Below are positions 1 to 10,436 of a DNA stretch of 64,000 nucleotides, in pieces. This DNA comes from Bacteroidetes bacterium RIFCSPLOWO2_12_FULL_35_15 (GTDB lineage: Bacteria; Bacteroidota; Bacteroidia; 2-12-FULL-35-15). The position numbers and the translations under genes are program-made. The stretch's first letter is position 1, and each line of letters opens with the position of its first letter. Where the stretch lies: assembly GCA_001769385.1 (NCBI GenBank), contig MEPB01000006.1, positions 24,182 through 88,181 on the forward strand, read 5' to 3'. The notes under the pieces were generated by a model, which worked only from the letters and a program-made list of their open reading frames with translations, was not told where the DNA came from and did not search any database.

Positions 1-289
1 GGCCGCCATGGCAACGAACTCCGCTAAACCGTTTTCCATGACTAAGAATACTAAAGTCAGGCTGGTTATAAATAAGCGGCATAACGCGTTTAAAATGTGG
101 TGAAAACGTAAGTATCACATCATATATGTCAGCAGGAATACACGTCATTCCATCAACCTTAACGCCATCACCTCTTATTTCATCTTCCAATTGATAACAC
201 AACCATTTGCTATCAGCAAACACATCACTGATGATGTTTCTGTGAGCTCCGGTATTGTAAATTTTACGTTGCGAAATAAATGTTAGCAT
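1..289 (-). CDS. Partial ORF: N-terminus at 289, runs off the window start. Last gene of the tail/lysis operon, possibly an endolysin-like hydrolase.
   Basis: My translation of the minus strand from the ATG at 287-289 is MLTFISQRKIYNTGAHRNIISDVFADSKWLCYQLEDEIRGDG...HGKRFSGVRCHGG, with no stop before position 1. It sits immediately after a holin-like gene. The function is a guess. Confidence 0.3.
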   Translation of the reverse strand, partial: MLTFISQRKIYNTGAHRNIISDVFADSKWLCYQLEDEIRGDGVKVDGMTCIPADIYDVILTFSPHFKRVMPLIYNQPDFSILSHGKRFSGVRCHGG

Positions 290-291
290 GA

Positions 292-498
292 TCAGATCTC
301 CTCGCTTTTTTTATTTGATTTGTTTTTATAATGTGCATGAATTTTAATTCCGTAATATAATAAAATAATAGCTGATACAGCGCATTTCAGAACAATATCT
401 AAACTTGTAAATAATGCAGTTAAACCACCTGCACCAACTACGGCAGCTTTTATTTCTTCGGAATGTTTATCCGCTAATTGAATGAATATTTGTTTCAT
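292..498 (-). CDS. Small membrane protein, holin-like (two predicted TM helices and a charged C-tail).
   Basis: The 68-aa product has hydrophobic stretches AAVVGAGGLTALFTSLDIVL and CAVSAIILLYYGI followed by KIHAHYKNKSNKKSEEI. It lies at the distal end of the tail operon. Confidence 0.4.
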   Translation of the reverse strand: MKQIFIQLADKHSEEIKAAVVGAGGLTALFTSLDIVLKCAVSAIILLYYGIKIHAHYKNKSNKKSEEI

Positions 499-510
499 AA
501 ATATATATTT

Positions 511-891
511 TTAAATATCAAATTTCTTTCTGCTGTCACCAGTTGCAATGGATACTTCCAATAATGATCTAATACTTACACCGTTATCAGTTGCCCAAAT
601 TAAAAACTCTTCTTGACCAATAGCAGTGTCATAACCCTCCTGATCTTTATCAACAATCACTCCTGTTTGCGCATTTACTTTTGTTTCGTTATCTGCTGTT
701 AATGTAACCGGATAAGGATTAAATCGTGATGTTCCTACAACAGGAGTTCCATCAGCATTGAAGTAACGCACTTGTATTTTATGTTCAACAGAAAAACTTT
801 CGTCATCTTGTTTGAATGATAAATGTTTTGCTTTTCTTTTCAATCCGCTAACAGGGCAGTTTGAAATATTTTTTTCGATGTTTAAAGGCAT
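511..891 (-). CDS. Hypothetical phage protein.
   Basis: 126-aa ORF in the tail/lysis operon with no recognisable motif. Confidence 0.4.
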   Translation of the reverse strand: MPLNIEKNISNCPVSGLKRKAKHLSFKQDDESFSVEHKIQVRYFNADGTPVVGTSRFNPYPVTLTADNETKVNAQTGVIVDKDQEGYDTAIGQEEFLIWATDNGVSIRSLLEVSIATGDSRKKFDI

Positions 892-912
892 GATAAATAT
901 TTTAGTTTTAAA

Positions 913-1665
913 TTAAACGCCCCATTTATTAAAAAGATATTGACGAATTGCATTGTAATTGGCATCTGATAAAAAAGTATTGGCATGAATCACTTCACAT
1001 AAATTAAAACTTGATAAAGCAAGTCCACTAGCTTTTCCACCAATTGTAAAATAATTAGAAGATGTGCAATCTGTCATAGCTGCCGATGCAAGGGCGCTAT
1101 TAACTCCATCGCAAGCAACTTTCATTTTAGATGTGTCTTTTCTTACGACAAAACAAATCATCTTTACAGTTGCTGGTGTTGTAATAGGGAAGTATGACCA
1201 TGAAGGCGAAACAGAATTATTGCTGCCCATACATCTCCAACCAGCCCCATTTGCCCAATTAGCAATAGTAAAATTCGGAACAACTGTGGATGCCCATGCC
1301 GAATTAACTATGTTTAGATCATATCCAACAGGCGTCAGTGTTAAGTTTTTAATTACCAAAAAAACTGTTTTTGTTGTCCCTGTCACTCCTGCTACATTTG
1401 CTGCCTCAATATAATCGGACGTGCCATTAAGTAAAATCGTATTCTTCCCACTAACAACCGTATCTTTTTTGAAAGTTCCTGTTCCTGTGAAAACAACTCC
1501 ACCTATCTTATCTTTAATTGTTGTTACCGCTGTTCCATCTGCAATAATTCCTCCCGAATTGATAGTGCTCATATCGTTTCCATCCAACCACAGATTTACA
1601 CCTGCAATTTTATTCGGCAGCTTTGATGCGATAATTATTTTATTTGTTGCTCTATAAACTGGCAT
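913..1665 (-). CDS. LamG/concanavalin-like tail fibre or receptor-binding protein (paralogue 1).
   Basis: N-terminal motif KIAGVNLWLDGNDMS and C-terminus ...YLFNKWGV, both typical of LamG_3-type phage RBPs. It is a paralogue of the upstream ORF, and the stop of one abuts the start of the other. Confidence 0.45.
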   Translation of the reverse strand: MPVYRATNKIIIASKLPNKIAGVNLWLDGNDMSTINSGGIIADGTAVTTIKDKIGGVVFTGTGTFKKDTVVSGKNTILLNGTSDYIEAANVAGVTGTTKTVFLVIKNLTLTPVGYDLNIVNSAWASTVVPNFTIANWANGAGWRCMGSNNSVSPSWSYFPITTPATVKMICFVVRKDTSKMKVACDGVNSALASAAMTDCTSSNYFTIGGKASGLALSSFNLCEVIHANTFLSDANYNAIRQYLFNKWGV

Positions 1666-2391
1666 TTATGCTATCCCCCATTTAGTTTTCAAATAGTATT
1701 CTACTTCTAATATTTCAGGAATACTCAATCTTCTATTAAAAATTATTACCTCATATACTCTATTTGGAGTTGTAACGGACGAAAATCCACCATTACCCAT
1801 GTAAATTCTTGCAGCACTGTAAGAAGGGTTTGATGACTGAGATACTAATAATGGAACCTTTCTGTTACTCCTAAAAACAAGTGGGTAACCAGCGATACCT
1901 GTTTGATTCATCATATACAACCTCTTATTAGTAACCATCGTATTGTCACGCAAATTCCCAACAGCGCCACCGGATGAATCATAAGTAAGAACTTGCGTAC
2001 CAGTATTTGAATCGCCACGTACCTGATGCAACAATGCCGTTAATGTAGCGGTGTAGTTCATTCCGAAAATCAACTCATTAGCTGAACCTCCCGAAACATA
2101 ATTACAATGCGCACCTACTGAGAATGCTGTTAATTCGGATACACCGACTAAACTTGTTATTCCTGTTTTTGAATAGGAACTGTAAGTGCCTTTTATAGTC
2201 AGGAAAGGATAACCGGATGCATCAACTCCTGTTTTCCCCTCTGTTCCTGTCAATGTCAAATCATTATTTCCGGTTTTATCTTTGAAGGTACTAACAACAG
2301 TATTCACAGCTAATGATTTGTAGTCAGAAGCATCCCACCATCCGGCAAGTCCACTTATCTTATTTGGAAATTGTGCGCCTATCGTTCCCAT
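1666..2391 (-). CDS. LamG/concanavalin-like tail fibre or receptor-binding protein (paralogue 2).
   Basis: N-terminal KISGLAGWWDASDYKS and C-terminus ...YLKTKWGIA. It overlaps the 856-aa tail gene by 1 nt. Confidence 0.45.
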   Translation of the reverse strand: MGTIGAQFPNKISGLAGWWDASDYKSLAVNTVVSTFKDKTGNNDLTLTGTEGKTGVDASGYPFLTIKGTYSSYSKTGITSLVGVSELTAFSVGAHCNYVSGGSANELIFGMNYTATLTALLHQVRGDSNTGTQVLTYDSSGGAVGNLRDNTMVTNKRLYMMNQTGIAGYPLVFRSNRKVPLLVSQSSNPSYSAARIYMGNGGFSSVTTPNRVYEVIIFNRRLSIPEILEVEYYLKTKWGIA

Positions 2392-4961
2392 TATGCAAGT
2401 CTTTCAAATGTGGTGGAACAATTTGTTATGCTACCTGATGCGTCACTATGCTGAGCATTAACTACTATATCATTATCAATTGTTGTGTCTAGTGTTTGCG
2501 CTGCGAAAGAACTTACCAATTGGTAAGGCGCTAACGCTCCTAATTGAACAATGTTAAACGTTCCTAACCCCAAAACACTTCCAGAAGCTCCGGTATCAAC
2601 AATTTGAATTTCATAATCTATCTCAAAATAATCATCTGTGTATATTGAATTAACAGCTAATGGCGTAGCAGATGTTAATGTAACTCCTCCTATTTTTATT
2701 TCAATTAATAAAGTGTCAACACTACTGATGGACGTATATTTACCACGTATTTTTAAACGCAATACTTTTCCGCTTGTCATGCTATTTGCGAATACTCTTA
2801 ACGGTGTAGCTGTTGCACCGATATAATCACCTGCTGTTGTAGAAAGTATGGATGTCTTCGTAACTCCTGTAACTGTTTTCGCTCTGTATTGTCGAAAGAA
2901 AACACCACTTAACCAATCGAAAGTAAAACCGTTTTGAGCGTAATTAAATGCTTTCTGATTAACGTCATGAATATCAACAGTACTTATCTCTTGCGCATAA
3001 TCAGTAACACCACTCATGTTACCCATTACTGAATCAGTAGGAATTAATCCTTCATCCACAATAGTTGCATCCCATGTAGAACCATTATATGCGAACTGAG
3101 CCACTTGATATTGGCGAGTCATTGTAATAGATGCTACCGATGTTATAATTACACCTGCACCAGTATCAACTTTTCTTATGTAAAACACAAACCCTGCAAC
3201 ACCTGTTGGATAGGTACAAGTTAATGCACTTGCACCTGTTGTTACATTATATGTTACTCCATTCTCTGTGGCTGCAACTGTCCAACCTGCTGACTTAGCA
3301 ATACCTCTGGAATCGTAATCAAAAACAAAAGTTTTAGTAATGGAGGCATCTCTGAATTTCTTTGCCGAACCGTTATACCATTCCATTCCGTTTAGTAATC
3401 CCGATGTTACATCAACTCCTGCGATATACCGTTGATGTGCTACGGATGCTGTGGAAGCAGGCATCGCTATAAAAGCATTAGTAGGTGCGCCAGCTCCTCC
3501 AACCCCTAAATTTCCAAGGAATGACCAGTTACCGGAAGTGTCCAATGTTGCTTTTATAACATTATATACTTTAATAAGAAAACTCTTATTATCATTTGTA
3601 CCGATAATTGCATTGCCTCCAAAACTATTACCACCTTGAGTAAATGCATTAACAACACTTGATGCAGTCCAAGCCCCTGTGTTGTATGCCCCGGTATAGG
3701 TAAATTGATTATTAGGTGCAGATAAAGAATTTACAACTACGACATTACCTGCTACAGGTGTAGTATAAACCCATGCGGCACTTACCGATTGTGCAATTTT
3801 ATTTTCGCTTCCAACCCAAGCACCTGATAAACCGGCTGCCGGCAATAAGTATCTTTCGCCTTCAACAAATGCCGGAGGCGCTGTAATTGAATTACTTATT
3901 ACAGGATCTAACCAGGAGGATGTGCCATCAGGGACAATGTCGCTTAACATAGCAACCATCCCATCCTTATCAGGATAGGTGTAAGTACGAGCAGCCGTAT
4001 TAGCATTTACAAAGAATGAAGTAAATGTACCGGCTGTATTAACAAATTTTATTTTGAAAGCATCCCAAACAGCAGCCAAAACACGGGCAACGGTAAAATA
4101 CAGATTGGTTAACCCTTCTGGCACATCATCCGTTGTTCCAGGGCTTGCAGTAATGGCAGTATAAACCGTTCCAGTCCATCGATATTGCAAATTATCATCA
4201 ATGGTAATATATATTTTCCCTGTTTCTCCGGCACCTGGCAATGCTGCGTAATTAGCATATTCCAGTACATCATCCACATAACTTGGCAAATAAGCTGCAT
4301 CTATTTTTGATGAAGAATTTAACGGAGCATAGCCACTCGCTGCGCCTTTATTTGTTATTAATTCAAAATCTGATTCAGCGTGAGCTCCAGCAACCATATT
4401 GCTCGATGCGTCAATTACTGCCATTTTAGAAGGCGCTAACTGTGGTAAGTTGATAATCGGAGCATTTAGGGATATCATGCCGGTATGCCGCAAAGCGGCA
4501 ACAGCATCATTTATTTCAAGCCATCCATAATTCGTATCTGCAAAATATTTAAGTAAAATTCCGGTGTCGTAAGCACTAAGTTGTGAGAATCCCAGCAAAA
4601 AAGTTCTGACAATATTGGCTTGATTATATAGGTCAATATATGATTTGCCATCCAAAGAAGAAAAAGTTTTGCTATTCGCTATATAAATTTTATTTGCGTC
4701 CTGGCTTAAATGACTATCACCCAACGACCCTGCATTATTATAAGGAAGAACTCCGGATGTAGGATTAATTGAACCTGCAGGAACATAATTCAATGCGCTC
4801 CATGCAAGAACCCCATCAGCAAATTTAAATCTTCGTTGATTTGTTCCGGAATATAAAAGATCAGAAGTTATTAAAATTCTTTTTTCAGAATAAACAGTTG
4901 TATCAGCTGCCCATGCCGCTGCTGTTTGAACTACTATCTGACTTTGTATATAAAAATCCAT
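2391..4961 (-). CDS. Large tail fibre/tail protein.
   Basis: 856 aa, Gly/Thr/Ser/Asn-rich and beta-rich, upstream of the two LamG-like genes in the same operon. Confidence 0.5.
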   Translation of the reverse strand: MDFYIQSQIVVQTAAAWAADTTVYSEKRILITSDLLYSGTNQRRFKFADGVLAWSALNYVPAGSINPTSGVLPYNNAGSLGDSHLSQDANKIYIANSKTFSSLDGKSYIDLYNQANIVRTFLLGFSQLSAYDTGILLKYFADTNYGWLEINDAVAALRHTGMISLNAPIINLPQLAPSKMAVIDASSNMVAGAHAESDFELITNKGAASGYAPLNSSSKIDAAYLPSYVDDVLEYANYAALPGAGETGKIYITIDDNLQYRWTGTVYTAITASPGTTDDVPEGLTNLYFTVARVLAAVWDAFKIKFVNTAGTFTSFFVNANTAARTYTYPDKDGMVAMLSDIVPDGTSSWLDPVISNSITAPPAFVEGERYLLPAAGLSGAWVGSENKIAQSVSAAWVYTTPVAGNVVVVNSLSAPNNQFTYTGAYNTGAWTASSVVNAFTQGGNSFGGNAIIGTNDNKSFLIKVYNVIKATLDTSGNWSFLGNLGVGGAGAPTNAFIAMPASTASVAHQRYIAGVDVTSGLLNGMEWYNGSAKKFRDASITKTFVFDYDSRGIAKSAGWTVAATENGVTYNVTTGASALTCTYPTGVAGFVFYIRKVDTGAGVIITSVASITMTRQYQVAQFAYNGSTWDATIVDEGLIPTDSVMGNMSGVTDYAQEISTVDIHDVNQKAFNYAQNGFTFDWLSGVFFRQYRAKTVTGVTKTSILSTTAGDYIGATATPLRVFANSMTSGKVLRLKIRGKYTSISSVDTLLIEIKIGGVTLTSATPLAVNSIYTDDYFEIDYEIQIVDTGASGSVLGLGTFNIVQLGALAPYQLVSSFAAQTLDTTIDNDIVVNAQHSDASGSITNCSTTFERLA

Positions 4962-5144
4962 TTTCTTACCAATTTATATTTACAACTTCCGCATCTAATG
5001 CGCTTGAAATAACTGAGCCTTGCAATACACCATTCAAAAAAACATTAACGGTTCCTCCACCGGTAGCAACCAAAGCTTTTTCCATAACTAAGTCAACAGC
5101 TATTTCAATGTTATTTACAATTTCTATGTCAACTGTATCAGCCA

Positions 5145-5540
5145 TTATGGAAGTGTTAGTGTAGAAGTAATTGAATCTTTCAGCGTGAATAAATATTTTT
5201 TTGTAATGCTGTCGTATTTTGAATCATCTGTTACGCCTGCGTCTGTCTTCCTAACTAATACCTCAATGTTTTTTTTACTCAAACTTCCGGTTTTTGTATC
5301 GGTACTATCGATGGCAATTATTAAAATACCGGTAGCCTGATCTGTAACGTCAATGCTCTTCCATCCGGCTGAAACGGTACGCGAATATTTTTGAAAAACA
5401 GAGTTGTCCTGATTATAAATTACAATCACAATATTATTATATCCGATGGAAAAATCAAGAGGAGCTCCAAGGGCATTTTTTACAGTCAACCTAAAGGTTT
5501 TATCCTCGTTCCGATAAACTATTTCTTCACGCTCGTTCAT
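5145..5540 (-). CDS. Hypothetical phage structural protein.
   Basis: 131-aa ORF in the tail module. Confidence 0.4.
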   Translation of the reverse strand: MNEREEIVYRNEDKTFRLTVKNALGAPLDFSIGYNNIVIVIYNQDNSVFQKYSRTVSAGWKSIDVTDQATGILIIAIDSTDTKTGSLSKKNIEVLVRKTDAGVTDDSKYDSITKKYLFTLKDSITSTLTLP

Positions 5541-5594
5541 TGTAAAATTTTTATTTAAAATTAATTTTCAAACATCCGAATAAAAAGGACAGCC

Positions 5595-6125
5595 CTAAAA
5601 CGTCCACTTGGTTTCATCTTCCCATTTACTTTCATCCAACTGATCCGATTTGTTCGTGCTGATCACATGATTTACAATCCATCCGAACCATCCATCGAAC
5701 ACGGGTCCTACAGGCGTTAACCGGATGCTATTTAATTGCAAATGTTTGATCAGGTTTTCAGGAGAAGGTTGTGCTGAGTCAAATGCTTTTCTCCGATCAT
5801 TTTTCAGTTTCGTAACCATGTCCCAGGCTATTTCAAACATTTCATTTCCGGCCGCTTCAATTTGAGTCCAGTCAGCTGAATTGCATTTTTTTAAAATAAG
5901 TGCTCCGCCATTTAATTGAAGCATCACATTGTCCGAATCATTGTCAATTGGACTATATTCAGGCTCTTGCAATGCAATCATCGGAGAATTAATATTTTTT
6001 AATTCAGTCAACACAGCTTCAGGACCAAACGTGCAAAAATGAATACTCGTTTCATCAACATGCGCTATCGACTTATGCCTGATGGCAGCGTTTTTCCAAT
6101 AAGTTTTGTGTTCTGATGGATTCAT
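5595..6125 (-). CDS. Hypothetical phage protein.
   Basis: 176-aa ORF; start/stop overlaps with the neighbouring ORF (ATGA). Confidence 0.4.
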   Translation of the reverse strand: MNPSEHKTYWKNAAIRHKSIAHVDETSIHFCTFGPEAVLTELKNINSPMIALQEPEYSPIDNDSDNVMLQLNGGALILKKCNSADWTQIEAAGNEMFEIAWDMVTKLKNDRRKAFDSAQPSPENLIKHLQLNSIRLTPVGPVFDGWFGWIVNHVISTNKSDQLDESKWEDETKWTF

Positions 6126-6931
6126 TTTTTAGGGTTTTTCAGATTAACTATTTCTTTAAATATTAATGATAGATCGGTAGTACTTGTTTCGCTGAAGTTT
6201 CCAAATTTCCCGCCACTCATGGCAACAATCACATCTATCCAGGTTGATTTTGAAGCGGCCGCTTCTGTCTCTTTGGTAAATATTTCGGGATAACGGCTTA
6301 CAATTAAAGTCCTGCAACCGATATAGAACAATAGTATTGCATGCTTTTCAGTATGCTTTAAGCGGCTAACATAGTTGGCCGTTTGTTCAATTCTATTTTT
6401 ATCGAATGCATCACGTTTATCATCGCCATTTTTTTCACTTCCTTGTCGGTAAAGCACTGCAATCAGTTGATCTAAAAACAAAGTGTCTTTTGTGGTGTTG
6501 TAATGCAGATACATGCTATCCGCAAAACTAAATTCATCAGCGCGGATTCCGGAAAGTTTATCAGGCGGACCGTAAAAAGTCCGGAAGTGTATTTTTACTT
6601 CCGGGAAAGGATTTTTAGTTAAGGCATTTGCATCGAAAATAAAATTAGTAAGCGATGCCAGATCATACAACGATTCATTGGAGAGTTGTTTGATGTAATA
6701 CAATCTTCGTGCATAATCCCATATTTTATTTCCATCCATCAACTTAAGGAATAGCAATGACTTTGCTTTTATCAGCGTCATATTATTTTGTGCTAACAGT
6801 TGCCAGGCTTCCCAGTATTCGGCAACATAAAGCAATTGTTTTTTGCTCAATTCATTCCAGGAAGACGGGAGCGAAATAGTTTCGCTCACCGGTTTTCCTT
6901 TTCTGAAATATTTTAATTCGAATGATATCAT
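6122..6931 (-). CDS. Hypothetical phage protein.
   Basis: 269-aa ORF, translationally coupled to its neighbours. Confidence 0.4.
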   Translation of the reverse strand: MISFELKYFRKGKPVSETISLPSSWNELSKKQLLYVAEYWEAWQLLAQNNMTLIKAKSLLFLKLMDGNKIWDYARRLYYIKQLSNESLYDLASLTNFIFDANALTKNPFPEVKIHFRTFYGPPDKLSGIRADEFSFADSMYLHYNTTKDTLFLDQLIAVLYRQGSEKNGDDKRDAFDKNRIEQTANYVSRLKHTEKHAILLFYIGCRTLIVSRYPEIFTKETEAAASKSTWIDVIVAMSGGKFGNFSETSTTDLSLIFKEIVNLKNPKK

Positions 6932-7260
6932 ATTTCTGGTAATTCAATTGTTAGATTTTTTAATTCATGAGAGCAATCTCCGCAGAACTTTATTTTACCA
7001 TTAGTTATTATGAAGTGGCAGTGATATGAGTTCTCTGGATTTGACAACCACTCTTCGTTACCTTTAACATTTACATCGACAAACCTTCCGGCTTTTTCAT
7101 TTATAGAAGGCGTAAATGTTGGATTATTTACGTCTCCATTAAATCCCCATTGTGCATTTTGCTGATTTGGAACTATTGTATTGATATAATGATCATGCCC
7201 AGCTGGGCAACGGAAGTAATATGTTCCATGATCCTTGTCGTATAGCTTTACCTTTGCCAT
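6928..7260 (-). CDS. Hypothetical Cys/His-rich small protein (possible metal-binding).
   Basis: 110 aa containing FRCPAGHDHY, HCHF and CGDCSHE. Confidence 0.35.
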   Translation of the reverse strand: MAKVKLYDKDHGTYYFRCPAGHDHYINTIVPNQQNAQWGFNGDVNNPTFTPSINEKAGRFVDVNVKGNEEWLSNPENSYHCHFIITNGKIKFCGDCSHELKNLTIELPEI

Positions 7261-7854
7261 TTATTTCTTAAATTTTAATTTAAAATATGCCCCAAGTTCT
7301 ATTCGCTTTTGGATAAGATCATAGCGAACATCATACAACGTATTTTTTTTCGTCTGAAGTAAAATAGATACCCCACAACCTGCATTATTACCTATTGTAT
7401 TAGCGCCTGCAAATATTCCCGGATACAAAGCCATCCGTTTTTTAGGCACTTCAACAGGCTTGTTGATAATTGTTGTACTCGTTATTGGCTTAAGCCACTG
7501 ATAAGTGAATGTGCGGTTGATGATACTATTTTGCGAAACCGAATCGCAGATGACGGCTCGTAAATTTGTATCTGCAATAACTTGTTTGTAATAGTTGATG
7601 TTGAAATACTTTTGCAGTATTGCAGCGGTATCAACGTGTGCAGGAAGTTCTACAATTACAGTTGCGCCCGGTACCGGAAATGGTTTTGGTACGGGAATAT
7701 TTTTCGGGATGGTATCGTAAGTAGTAATGCTAATAGTATCCGATGTGTTTTTTACTTCCGGACAATTCCCTGTTCCGCAGCGCTGCAAAAACAATACAAG
7801 CATGATCGCAAATCCTGCCCATCCAATGATTGTTATTTTAGTTTGATTGCTCAT
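7261..7854 (-). CDS. Secreted/membrane-anchored phage protein.
   Basis: N-terminal hydrophobic segment ITIIGWAGFAIMLVLFL. Confidence 0.4.
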   Translation of the reverse strand: MSNQTKITIIGWAGFAIMLVLFLQRCGTGNCPEVKNTSDTISITTYDTIPKNIPVPKPFPVPGATVIVELPAHVDTAAILQKYFNINYYKQVIADTNLRAVICDSVSQNSIINRTFTYQWLKPITSTTIINKPVEVPKKRMALYPGIFAGANTIGNNAGCGVSILLQTKKNTLYDVRYDLIQKRIELGAYFKLKFKK

Positions 7855-7869
7855 GTTTTATTATTTTAT

Positions 7870-8865
7870 TTATCCCATAAAAAAGTTACCACTCTCACTA
7901 TCATTTGTAAACGAATGATCCGTTGTATCACTATCATATACATCACTGGCGGCATAAGTCGCATAGTCAGCAATGTTAGTCGCTAAAAATTCTTTCAGTT
8001 TTTTACTATATGTTTTTGCGTCATTTTCGGCAGCCATTTCAAGTTTAAAGATCATGGCATCTTTAGCCGGTTGTTTTTGCGAAACAACCTGGGCGTTCCC
8101 GGTATTGTTAAAATTCAAAATGCCTCGTTCATCAATACTTACCGATAATTCGGTAAATGCGCGTTTCATCGTGAATGGCACTAAAGCCTTTTGAATTAAT
8201 GCAACCACTTTCAGGTTATTTGCAGATAAATTATTAGCAATGTGCTGAGTCATCAGCTCATTGTAAAAACTTTCACCGATTATCGCTGTAATATCAAATT
8301 CCTGTGCCTTTTTCATAGCACTTCGCAAGGCAATAAAATTCAAACGTGAATTTCCGATGGGCGAAAACAAGTCCGAAAACTGTTTTGTAGTAGTAATAAA
8401 ACACTCTTTAAATACTGTATAAGCGGATGATGCAGCCCATAAAGCAAATGTTGCCTTGTTTTCTTCCAGGTAATCCAGCAACGCATCCATTGCACTACCC
8501 GAAGAGCGTAAAACGCTGCGGGATAGATCATCAATTTGCCACTGAAAAGCCGTCTTTAAAGTTTCAGTGGTGTTAATCCGGATACCATTATCACCCATGG
8601 AAACTTGTCCGGTTGGGATCCACAGGAAAAGCATGTAATGCACAATTACTTCCTGGCATTTCTCCAGCAATTCAGTTTGTTTGGCTGATAAGGTTGGAGT
8701 AGTAACATTGTAAGCCGCACTCAATGCATCGTATTCTGTCTTACTCATGTTCGGAATAAGGAAATCACGCTCCGCTTGCTTGATGTATGGCGTAAATGAT
8801 GTGAAGGAGGATGAACCAATAATTGGCACCACTTTTTTAATATCAGCTATCGATTTTAGTAACAT
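7870..8865 (-). CDS. Hypothetical phage structural/morphogenesis protein.
   Basis: 331-aa ORF between the portal-like and tail genes. Confidence 0.4.
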   Translation of the reverse strand: MLLKSIADIKKVVPIIGSSSFTSFTPYIKQAERDFLIPNMSKTEYDALSAAYNVTTPTLSAKQTELLEKCQEVIVHYMLFLWIPTGQVSMGDNGIRINTTETLKTAFQWQIDDLSRSVLRSSGSAMDALLDYLEENKATFALWAASSAYTVFKECFITTTKQFSDLFSPIGNSRLNFIALRSAMKKAQEFDITAIIGESFYNELMTQHIANNLSANNLKVVALIQKALVPFTMKRAFTELSVSIDERGILNFNNTGNAQVVSQKQPAKDAMIFKLEMAAENDAKTYSKKLKEFLATNIADYATYAASDVYDSDTTDHSFTNDSESGNFFMG

Positions 8866-8869
8866 GGTT

Positions 8870-9124
8870 TTAAGTATTTTTTATTTTAGTTGCTGTGCCT
8901 GTTATTACATGATTCTTTTTATCCGTAGCGTTTATTGCAACATTACCATCCATTAGAAATACTACCGTACCTCCATGTTTTCCTAATTCTCGTTTTTGTA
9001 GGTAATCCATTAAATTAGAGTAAGAAGTCAAAGAGTTTATTTTGCTTTGATTACGCGTATCAGTCAGGCTTAGATTGAACATGGTTTTTATAGGTATTAG
9101 GTTATGCAATTTTTTTAGTTTCAC
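8870..9124 (-). CDS. Hypothetical small protein.
   Basis: 84-aa ORF. Confidence 0.3.
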   Translation of the reverse strand: MKLKKLHNLIPIKTMFNLSLTDTRNQSKINSLTSYSNLMDYLQKRELGKHGGTVVFLMDGNVAINATDKKNHVITGTATKIKNT

Positions 9125-10436
9125 TTCCTTTATCCAGCGTAGTCATAAATTGATTTCTGAAACGAAATTCTATTTCCGGATCCCAACCGTTGAATTCAAT
9201 AATTAAATTGTTCAGCGGCTCTAAAATCAAATCCTGACGGGATTTATTAGTCATCACATGCAAGTTGTAAGCTTCGCGGATGTTTGAACCTGCACCGCCC
9301 ATTCCATTGTTTGGCATGGTCCCAACTAATGCCGGATGTAGTCCGATGGCTGACATCGTTCTAAGCGAAGCATCTTTACCATCTTCCAGATACTTTCCAT
9401 CTTTAATTTTATCGTCAATGGCTTCGATCTGAATCAAATTAAATTCTTTTCCACCATTACCGCCATTAAACTCATGATGCACAACACTGATAAGTGATCG
9501 CCCTGCTTTTTCAGCTCCCATCAATGTATCTTGCATCGACTCTATTTCTTTTTTCTTAATGTTTGTCTTATCCTTGTCCGGCATTTTCGCCCAGCCGTCA
9601 AACTTCTTTTCCCAATACATGTTGCTGATCCGGATGTGATATTTGATAGTCATTTGATTCGCCAACAAAGCTTTTTTAAATTTCGGAATAGCTTCCGCAA
9701 CCGCTAACCATCCGCTTTCACGCAGCGAGTTCCAACTGGCAAGCTGATAAAATTTATTTCCAGGCTGCGCATAATTCAGCGGATAGATATAGTTGGTCCC
9801 TTTTAAATTTTCTTTTAGTTGTTGTGCAGGATTGTAGTATGCATCCAGTACCGGAAGTTTTTTTGTAAACGGATCGTTCGCTTTTCCATCAGGCCATTGC
9901 GCATTGATGTAGCAATTATCAATCATTCCCGATTTGCTGTTCTGAACGCCCCACCTGCATTCTTCAGCAGCTTGCGAACAGATCTGAAGTATTTCCGTTC
10001 CTCCGATATTCAAAACTATTTCAGGGAAAACATTATAAAACCAATACACATCGGTTGCCGATTCCTGCAGGTAGCGATTGATATTAGAATGCTTCAACCA
10101 TGCTTTGATTTCCACATTGTTTGCTTTATCAACCGGTACCAATTTGCTGTCATCTTCCGGATCAGGAGTTCCCCAGATCAAACCACCGGCATAAAGTAAA
10201 CCAGCTTGTTTCTCCAGTAACATTCCAAGCTCCGTGTTTTTGCGTACATCAGCAATTACCAGTTGTGGAAAATCATTGTCTTCGCCCCAAAATAATATTT
10301 CATTTTTTGCAGCAAGTTTATTTATTGAGGAAGATGGCCGTGTGGTATTGATTACATCGGTAGATATCGATGCACTAACGCCAGGCATGTAACTAAAACG
10401 ATAATCCTCACTGAATAATACTTCTTTATTTTCCAT
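9102..10436 (-). CDS. Putative portal protein.
   Basis: 444 aa, a plausible portal size, sitting between the terminase and tail genes. No diagnostic motif was seen. Confidence 0.35.
   Translation of the reverse strand: MENKEVLFSEDYRFSYMPGVSASISTDVINTTRPSSSINKLAAKNEILFWGEDNDFPQLVIADVRKNTELGMLLEKQAGLLYAGGLIWGTPDPEDDSKLVPVDKANNVEIKAWLKHSNINRYLQESATDVYWFYNVFPEIVLNIGGTEILQICSQAAEECRWGVQNSKSGMIDNCYINAQWPDGKANDPFTKKLPVLDAYYNPAQQLKENLKGTNYIYPLNYAQPGNKFYQLASWNSLRESGWLAVAEAIPKFKKALLANQMTIKYHIRISNMYWEKKFDGWAKMPDKDKTNIKKKEIESMQDTLMGAEKAGRSLISVVHHEFNGGNGGKEFNLIQIEAIDDKIKDGKYLEDGKDASLRTMSAIGLHPALVGTMPNNGMGGAGSNIREAYNLHVMTNKSRQDLILEPLNNLIIEFNGWDPEIEFRFRNQFMTTLDKGSETKKIA

Noticed and set aside
9102-10436. 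Calling this ORF the major capsid or terminase
   Set aside because: TerL is clearly 12695..14200 (Walker motifs), and a capsid-like gene follows the S49 protease at 17998. This ORF is only positionally portal-like, so confidence is kept low.
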